Source: an uncultured Actinomyces sp. (GTDB taxonomy: Bacteria > Actinomycetota > Actinomycetes > S36-B12). Taken from it: a DNA stretch of 64,000 nucleotides. This document shows positions 55,826-64,000 of this stretch, one piece after another (positions within the stretch are counted from its first letter, which is position 1; every line of letters begins with the position of its first letter). Where the stretch lies: positions 1,818 through 65,817 of the forward strand of contig CAZICY010000005.1 in the NCBI GenBank assembly GCA_964537955.1, in the 5' to 3' direction. The position numbers and the translations under genes were made by a program. The notes beneath the pieces were generated by a model. That model did no database searches. It saw nothing but the letters and a program-made list of their open reading frames with translations, and was not told the DNA's origin.

Positions 55826-56023
55826 CGACAGCAGGACGAATCGCCACTCGTGTCACATGCGTCTCGTCTGCGACGCGCGCGGGTCACGGGAGGGTTACGA
55901 CGACGAGCCACCCTCGGAGTTGCACTCGGTGACGACTAGGGTTCAGGGAACGCTCGATACCCATCGTGAGCGGCGTAGCCCAGCTACGTGCGGATGGGAT
56001 GACCACGACGAAAGGGCATGTGC

Positions 56024-57097
56024 ATGCATCGCAAGTGGGGTTTGGCAGCCGCGGCTGCCGCCGCTGCACTCGTGCTGGCCGCCTGTGGCGGTGGCGGAGG
56101 AAGCAGTGCGTCGTCCAGCAGCAGTAGCAGCGCGGGTGGCGGAGGAGAGGGCGACTGCCCTGGTGCTGATGCGTTCTGCATCGGCCTCGTCACCGACACG
56201 GGCAAGGTGGACGACAAGTCGTTCAACCAGTCCGCATGGGAGGGCGCCCTTGAGGCTGCCCAGGCCTCAGGTGGCTACGCAAAGTACATCGAGACCGTTG
56301 ATCCCAAGGACTACGAGACCAACATCGGCCAGTTCGTGACCGCCGGCTACGACGTCATCGTCACCGTCGGCTTCCTCATGGGCGAGGCGACTGTGGCTGC
56401 GGCCAAGGCCAACACCGGCACGCAGTTCATCGGCGTTGACCAGTTCCAGGCCGAGGTGATCCCCAACCTCACTGGGCTCGTCTTCCCCGAGGACAAGGCC
56501 GGCTACGCCGCGGGCTACCTCGCGGGCCTGATGACCAAGACCAACAAGGTCGGTGCGGTCCTCGGCACCGACACGGTCCCGCCGGTCAAGCTCTTCGGCG
56601 AGGGCTACAAGGCCGGCGCTCTTGCGGCCAACCCGTCGGTCGAGGTGACGCTGGTCTACCACGAGCCGGCCAACGCATTCACCGATCCTGAGTGGGGCGC
56701 AGCGGAGGCCAAGAAGCAGCTTGAGCAGGGCAACGACATCATCTTCGGCGCCGGTGGACTCACCGGCAATGGCGCCCTGATCGAAATCGCCAAGGCTCCC
56801 GGAGCTGGCGAGACGATCTTCTGCATCGGCGTCGACACCGACCAGTTCTTCACCGTGCCGGAGGCGGCCAAGTGCCTGCTCACCTCGGCGGAGAAGAAGC
56901 TGACCCTGGGCACCAAGGACCTCGTCCTGCTGGCCAAGGACGGCAAGGCCCCCGGTGGCAACTACGTCGGCCTCACCGGCCTGGCGCCGTACCACGACAC
57001 CGAGGCTGCGGTTCCCGAGGAGGTCAAGGCCAAGGTGGCGGAGGTCATCGCCGGTCTCGACGCCGGGACGATCGCAACCAACGTGACGCTCGGCTGA
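56024..57097 (+). CDS. BMP-family nucleoside ABC transporter substrate-binding lipoprotein
   Basis: Lipobox LAAC; DDKSFNQSAWEG, VGF, IGVDTDQ, LLTSAEK; GAAAGGG SD. Confidence 0.92.
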   Translation: MHRKWGLAAAAAAAALVLAACGGGGGSSASSSSSSSAGGGGEGDCPGADAFCIGLVTDTGKVDDKSFNQSAWEGALEAAQASGGYAKYIETVDPKDYETNIGQFVTAGYDVIVTVGFLMGEATVAAAKANTGTQFIGVDQFQAEVIPNLTGLVFPEDKAGYAAGYLAGLMTKTNKVGAVLGTDTVPPVKLFGEGYKAGALAANPSVEVTLVYHEPANAFTDPEWGAAEAKKQLEQGNDIIFGAGGLTGNGALIEIAKAPGAGETIFCIGVDTDQFFTVPEAAKCLLTSAEKKLTLGTKDLVLLAKDGKAPGGNYVGLTGLAPYHDTEAAVPEEVKAKVAEVIAGLDAGTIATNVTLG

Positions 57098-57122
57098 TCA
57101 GCCCAGCGCACTGAACGGCCCC

Positions 57123-57157
57123 GGAAGGGGGGTGGCGGATTGCGCCACCCCCCTTCC
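57123..57157 (+). terminator. Intercistronic hairpin after the binding-protein gene (partial terminator or mRNA stabiliser)
   Basis: GGAAGGGGGGTGGCG-gattg-CGCCACCCCCCTTCC followed by CCTTT. Confidence 0.7.
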
Positions 57158-57183
57158 CCTTTATGTGCTTGGATCGACGGGCC

Positions 57184-58299
57184 ATGTCGACGATAGATCC
57201 CGCCCAGACGGACCTCGGGTACACGGATCCGGACCCGCGTCGGTCCGGACCGCTGGACCGCGTGCCGGCCATCGTCATCCCGGTCGTGTCCGTCCTGCTC
57301 GCCTTCGCCATCGGCGGCATCCTCATCTGGCTCCAGGGGGTCAACCCGTTCTTCGCCTACCAGGTGCTCTTCCGCGACGCCCTCGGCTCCGTCGAGGGCC
57401 TGGAGCGCACGATGGAGAAGTCCACCCCCCTGATCCTCACCGGCCTGGCGGTCGTGGTGGGCCTGCGCGCGGGCCTGTTCAACATCGGAGCCCAGGGTCA
57501 GTTGCTCATGGGCGCGGTCGGAGCGGCCTGGGCTGGCTACAACTTCCAGCTCCCGCCGATCGTCCACCTGCCCTTCTGCCTAATCTTCGGCATCCTCTGC
57601 GGCGCGGCCTGGGGCTCCATCGCGGGAGCCCTGCGTGCCTACCGCAGCGTGTCCGAGGTCATCACGACGATCATGCTCAACAGCATCGCGATCGCTCTCG
57701 TGGACTACCTCGCAAGCCGTCCCCTCAAGGAGCCGGATCAGCCCCTGTCACGCACACCTCTCATCGCCGAGTCAGCTGCGTTGCCCTACATCGGGCCGAT
57801 TCCGTCGGGATTCATCCTCGCCCTGCTCGTGGCGGTGTTCTTCGGCTGGTTCCTCGTCCGCACCACCCAGGGCTTCCGCTTCAACACGGTCGGGATGAAC
57901 CCGGGTGCAGCCCGCTACGCCGGTATCTCCGTCAAGGGCACCATCTTGCTGGCCATGGCCGTGAGCGGAGGCCTCGCCGGACTCGGCGGTGCCGTCGAGA
58001 CCCTCGGAATCACCGGGCGGTTCGAGCCGGCGTTCAACATCGGCCTCGGCTTCGACGGCATCACCATCGCCCTCCTTGCGCGCGCCAACCCCCTTGCGAC
58101 GATCCCGGCCGCCCTGCTGGTGGGGACCCTGCGCGCCGGCTCGTCCTCGCTCCAGTTCCAGACCGGCATCGAGCCCGAGGTCGTGAGCGTCATCCTCGCG
58201 CTCACGCTGCTCTTCGTCTCCGCGCCGATCGTGGCCAAGCTGCTCTTCCGCAATCGGTCGATCAAGCAGACCACCGTGACCAAGGGGTGGGGCTCGTGA
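57184..58299 (+). CDS. Nucleoside ABC transporter permease
   Basis: TPLILTGLAV..RAGLFNIGAQGQ, EVITTIMLN, GFDGITIALL. Confidence 0.92.
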   Translation: MSTIDPAQTDLGYTDPDPRRSGPLDRVPAIVIPVVSVLLAFAIGGILIWLQGVNPFFAYQVLFRDALGSVEGLERTMEKSTPLILTGLAVVVGLRAGLFNIGAQGQLLMGAVGAAWAGYNFQLPPIVHLPFCLIFGILCGAAWGSIAGALRAYRSVSEVITTIMLNSIAIALVDYLASRPLKEPDQPLSRTPLIAESAALPYIGPIPSGFILALLVAVFFGWFLVRTTQGFRFNTVGMNPGAARYAGISVKGTILLAMAVSGGLAGLGGAVETLGITGRFEPAFNIGLGFDGITIALLARANPLATIPAALLVGTLRAGSSSLQFQTGIEPEVVSVILALTLLFVSAPIVAKLLFRNRSIKQTTVTKGWGS

Positions 58300-59270
58300 G
58301 CGCCAAGTGGGCCTACGCGCTGGCCATCCTCATCTCGGTGACGATCGTCATCTTCTACGTGATGGATCCCACCAAGACCACCTCGGTCGTCTCCTTCTCC
58401 CTTCGCTACGCCGTGCCCCTGATCCTGGCGGCGATGGTGGGCATCATGTGCGAGCGCTCCGGCGTCATCAACATCGGCATCGAGGGCCAGATGCTCATGA
58501 GCGCCTTCGCGGGATTCTTCGGCGCGGCCCTCACCGGCAGCCTTCTCCTGGGCACGATGATCGGCGTCGGCACCGGCATGATCATGGGCGCGATGCTGGC
58601 GACCGGCGCCGTGACCTGGAAGATGGACCAGATCATCGCGGGCACCATCATCAACATCCTCGCCGCGGGGCTCACGAGCTTCTTCTACGCGCAGGGATAC
58701 ACCCTTCCCGGCATCACCCCGACGCTGCGCATCCCGGTACTGGCGGACATCCCCCTCGTGGGGCCCGTCTTCTTCGATAACGGCCTGTTCACCTATGCCG
58801 CGATCGTGAGTGCGCTGCTGCTATGGGTGCTCCTGTTCAAGACCGTGTGGGGCCTGCGCACCCGGTCGGTCGGCGAGAAGCCCAGCGCATCGGAGACCTC
58901 GGGCATCGGCGTGCAGACGACGCGCTTTTGGAATGTCACGATCGCCGGTGGTCTCGCCGGACTTGCCGGCGCCTACCTCGCCCTGGAGGCGGCCGGGACC
59001 TTCGAGCGCGGCCTCACAGCGGGTCGGGGCTTCACGGCACTGGCCATCATGATCTTCGGCGCGTGGAATCCCATCGGGGCTCTGGCCGCCGCCATCTTCT
59101 TCGGGCTCACCCAGGGCGTCGCGAGCCAATTGCAGGCCGATGCCGTGGTGGATATCCCGCCGCAGTTCGTGAACATGCTGCCCTACATCCTCACGATCGT
59201 GCTGCTGGCGATCGTGTCCGGGCGCATCAAGCCACCAGCCGCCGTTGGCCGACCATATGAGAAGGACTAG
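58296..59270 (+). CDS. Nucleoside ABC transporter permease
   Basis: ERSGVINIGIEG, GLRTRSVGE.P, GRGFTALA, MLPYILT. Confidence 0.92.
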   Translation: MSAKWAYALAILISVTIVIFYVMDPTKTTSVVSFSLRYAVPLILAAMVGIMCERSGVINIGIEGQMLMSAFAGFFGAALTGSLLLGTMIGVGTGMIMGAMLATGAVTWKMDQIIAGTIINILAAGLTSFFYAQGYTLPGITPTLRIPVLADIPLVGPVFFDNGLFTYAAIVSALLLWVLLFKTVWGLRTRSVGEKPSASETSGIGVQTTRFWNVTIAGGLAGLAGAYLALEAAGTFERGLTAGRGFTALAIMIFGAWNPIGALAAAIFFGLTQGVASQLQADAVVDIPPQFVNMLPYILTIVLLAIVSGRIKPPAAVGRPYEKD

Positions 59271-59273
59271 GCC

Positions 59274-60799
<1,526 letters not shown>

Positions 60800-60803
<4 letters not shown>

Positions 60804-62101
60804 CCGGGGCGGAGCCCTTCACCGCGGTCGACCTGATCCGCATCAAGCGCGATGGCGGGGTGCTCGCCGACGCGCAGATCGACTGGCTCATCGACTCCTA
60901 CACCCGTGGACACGTGCAGGACGAGCAGATGTCAGCCATGGCCATGGCGATCTACTTCCAGGGCCTGAGCGAGCCTGAGCTCGTCAGGTGGACCCAGGCC
61001 ATGATCCGCTCCGGCGAGCGCATGGACTTCTCCTCGCTCGCGCGGCCCACGGTCGACAAGCACTCCACCGGCGGGGTGGGCGACAAGATCACCCTGCCTC
61101 TCGTGCCGATCGTCGCGGCATGCGGCGCTGCCGTGCCGCAGCTCTCCGGGCGTGGACTCGGGCACACGGGAGGCACGCTCGACAAGCTCGAGTCCATCCC
61201 CGGTTGGCGGGCCCACCTGTCGAATGCCGAGATGCTCGCGGTGCTTGCCGATGTGGGCGGAGTGATTTGCGCTGCAGGATCGGGTCTGGCTCCTGCGGAT
61301 CGCAAGCTCTACGCCCTGCGCGATGTCACGTCGACCGTCGACATCATCCCGCTCATCGCCTCCTCGATCATGAGCAAGAAGATCGCTGAGGGCACCTCAG
61401 CGCTCGTGCTCGACGTCAAGACGGGCTCCGGGGCATTCATGTCCGGCACCGCTCGCGCGGTCGAGCTGGCGCGCACCATGGTCGCGCTGGGCCGTGATGA
61501 GGACGTGCGCACCCGTGCCCTGGTCACGGCGATGGACGTGCCCCTCGGCGTGGCAGCGGGCAACGCGCTCGAGGTCGCCGAGTCGGTCGAGGTGCTGGCT
61601 GGCGGAGGCCCCGCGGACGTTGTCGAGCTCACGCTGCTCCTGGCCGGGCACATGCTCGAGCTCGTCGGCATCGACGCCGACCCGGCCGAAGCCATCGCCA
61701 GCGGGCGCGCGATGGACCACTGGCGCCGCATGATCCGGGCCCAGGGCGGAGATCCGGATGCCCCCCTGCCCCGGGCACCGATCGTCGAGACGCTCACCGC
61801 CGACCGGGACGGGGTCGTCACGCGCTGCGATGCCCTCGCGATCGGCCGGGCCGCGTGGCGGCTCGGTGCGGGCCGGGCAGCCAAGGACGACCCGGTGTCG
61901 GCGTCCGCCGGCATCGAGGTCCTCGCCAAGCCCGGCGACCAGGTCCGGGCCGGAGACCCGCTCCTGCGACTCCACGCGGAGGACGCCGCACGCCTCGACG
62001 CCGCGCTGCCCCTGCTCGCGGGACCCGAGCCCGCGGTGGTCGTCTCGCCGCCGGGGACCGGGTACTCACGCCTGCCCCTCGTGGTCGACGTCATCGACTA
62101 G
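60800..62101 (+). CDS. deoA: Thymidine/pyrimidine-nucleoside phosphorylase
   Basis: DKHSTGGVGDK, SGRGLGHTGGTLDKLESIPG, LIASSIMSKK, LGAGR. Confidence 0.96.
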
Positions 62102-62292
62102 CGCGGGATCGCGCATCTCAGGTGATCGATTGCGCGTGTCGCGCGGCCCAATCCCCTCACGGATCGCGTGCGTGGGCTAACGCTCACGTGCGGTGCGCGT
62201 TGTCGCCTGGTCGGCAACCGATCGCGTTCCTACCTTCGTCATTGCATGCAGTTGCTGTCCTTTGGCAGCACTTGCCGGAGGAGGGAGCGCAC

Positions 62293-63534
62293 GTGGCGAC
62301 GTCAACGCAGGACATCATCGAGGCCGATGTGCGGGAGGCCGTGCGCCGGACCGGCCTGGATCCACTGAGGGATCGCGCAGCGGTGGAGGAACTGGTGCGC
62401 GCGGCAGTGCACCGTGTGGTGGCGCAGGGAGAGGCGCCGCATGCTGGCGAGGGGGACCTCGCTGCCGTGTCGCGCCGCGTGCTGGACGACGTCGCGGGCT
62501 TCGGTCCGCTCCAGCGTTTCTTCGACGACCCCGAGGTCGAGGAGGTGTGGATCAATGAGCCGGGCCGAGTCTTCGTCGCGTGCGGCGGGCGCAGCGAACT
62601 GACGACGGCGGTCCTCACGGACGCTCAGGTGCGCAGCCTCGTCGAGCGCATGCTGCAGTGGTCGGGCCGGCGTATCGACCTCAGCACGCCCTTCGTCGAT
62701 GCCATGCTCCCCGACGGCAGTCGCCTGCACGTCGCCATCCCGGACATCACGCGCGCCCACTGGGCAGTCAACATCCGCCGGTTCGTTCGTCGCCCCGTCG
62801 ACGTCCACGAGCTGGTCCCGGCAGGGACGCTGTCGCACGAGGCCGCAGAGTTCCTCGATGCCTGCATGGTGAGCGGACTCAATGTGGTCGTCGCCGGTGG
62901 CACACAGGCAGGCAAGACCACCCTCCTCAACGCGCTCCTCGGGTGCGTCCCATCGAGCGAGCGCATCGTCAGTTGCGAGGAGGTGTTCGAGATCCATCTG
63001 CCCCACCATCCCGACTGGGTGCCCATGCAGACGCGGGATGCAAGCCTCGAGGGGACGGGCGAGATCCCGCTGCGCCGGCTCGTCAAGGAGGCCCTGCGCA
63101 TGAGGCCCTCGCGACTCATAGTCGGAGAGGTGCGCCAGGCCGAGGCATTGGACCTGCTCATTGCGATGAACAGCGGGCTCCCGGCCGCGGCCACCCTCCA
63201 CGCCAACTCGGCCCGGGAGGCGGTCACCAAGCTGTGCACGCTGCCGCTTCTCGCTGGGCAGAACATCGCCGCCGACTTCGTGATTCCCACCGTGGCCGGT
63301 TGCGTGGACATCGTCGTCCACACGGCGACCGGACGAGACGGTCAGCGTCGCGTCCGCGAGATCGCCGCGCTCCCCGGCCGTGTGGAGGCCGGCGTGGTCG
63401 AGATCGCCGACATCTTCACTCGCAGGGGACCTCACCTCGTGCGCGGCACGGGATTCCCTCCCCACGAGGAGCGCTTCGAGGCGGCGGGCTATGACCTCGC
63501 GCACCTCCTGCGTCCCGCGAGGGCCGTCGCATGA
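62293..63534 (+). CDS. tadA: Tad pilus assembly ATPase (CpaF/TadA)
   Basis: GFGPLQ..DPEVEE, FVDAMLPDGSR, GGTQAGKTT, ALRMRPSRLIVGEVR; strong SD. Confidence 0.9.
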   Translation: MATSTQDIIEADVREAVRRTGLDPLRDRAAVEELVRAAVHRVVAQGEAPHAGEGDLAAVSRRVLDDVAGFGPLQRFFDDPEVEEVWINEPGRVFVACGGRSELTTAVLTDAQVRSLVERMLQWSGRRIDLSTPFVDAMLPDGSRLHVAIPDITRAHWAVNIRRFVRRPVDVHELVPAGTLSHEAAEFLDACMVSGLNVVVAGGTQAGKTTLLNALLGCVPSSERIVSCEEVFEIHLPHHPDWVPMQTRDASLEGTGEIPLRRLVKEALRMRPSRLIVGEVRQAEALDLLIAMNSGLPAAATLHANSAREAVTKLCTLPLLAGQNIAADFVIPTVAGCVDIVVHTATGRDGQRRVREIAALPGRVEAGVVEIADIFTRRGPHLVRGTGFPPHEERFEAAGYDLAHLLRPARAVA

Positions 63535-64000
63535 CCGGCGCACTCGTCGGACTCGGCGTCGGGCTGGGTGCACTGCTGGTGCTGCTGGGTGCGACCTCGA
63601 CCCGGAGCGATCGCGAGGCGCGGGTGTCGCGCCTTCGCCGACTGATCGACCGCGCCGGGCTCGAGCGGGTCGGGCCCAGCGGGGTCATCGGCGCCTGCGT
63701 GGGACTGGCGATCGTGGCCGGCCTGCTGGTGCTGGCCATCTCCGGCGTCGCCGTCGTCGGGGCCCTTGCGGCCGTCGTGGCGGGCTACCTTCCCCTGGCG
63801 GTGCTGCGACGCAGGGCGCGATCGCGCAGCGTGGCGCTGCGTTCGGCCTGGCCCGACGCGGTCGACATGCTCGGCTCCGCCGTACGCGCGGGGATGTCCC
63901 TTCCCGAAGCAGTCATCGATATGGGAATCCGCGGGCCGGAGGCGCTGCGCCCGGCCTTCACGGCGTTTGCCGCGGACTATCGCGCGTCCGGCTCGTTCGC
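63531..64000 (+). CDS. tadB: Tad pilus inner-membrane protein (TadB-like, T2SS F family), 5' part only
   Basis: ATGA overlap with tadA; TM helices then WPDAVDMLGSAVRAGMSLPEA; runs off the window end. Confidence 0.85.
   Translation, partial: MTGALVGLGVGLGALLVLLGATSTRSDREARVSRLRRLIDRAGLERVGPSGVIGACVGLAIVAGLLVLAISGVAVVGALAAVVAGYLPLAVLRRRARSRSVALRSAWPDAVDMLGSAVRAGMSLPEAVIDMGIRGPEALRPAFTAFAADYRASGSF

Overview
High-GC actinobacterial chromosomal segment, mostly conserved core synteny: groEL1 (3' end), whiB3/whiD, a CarH-like MerR-B12 regulator, guaB/guaB3, glpD, aldehyde dehydrogenase, choD, coxSLM-like molybdoenzyme, guaA, pcrA, sucCD, purNH, folD, mdh, icd, xth, trpS, a D,D-carboxypeptidase, sdhCDAB, and the start of a tad pilus locus. 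I saw no rRNA, tRNA, CRISPR array, integrase or transposase. The most unusual part is 45.7-62.1 kb, where a nucleoside uptake/catabolism locus (BMP-type ABC transporter, cdd, deoA) is merged with methylthioadenosine/5'-deoxyadenosine salvage genes. These are an MTA/SAH-type deaminase, an MTI-type phosphorylase, mtnA, mtnB and mtnD, an antisense mtnC, a DUF985 cupin, an SDR, and a class II aldolase-SDR fusion coupled to mtnA. I infer a branched salvage route, possibly with a one-polypeptide DHAP shunt. Non-coding signals of note are pervasive leaderless-type -10 boxes (five built on the upstream TAG stop codon), a triplicated guaA 3'-end att-like core, a CRP/MtrA-like operator before an M23 peptidase, and CarH-like 11-bp repeats between whiB and the MerR-B12 gene. 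All calls come from motif recognition by eye; no searches were run.
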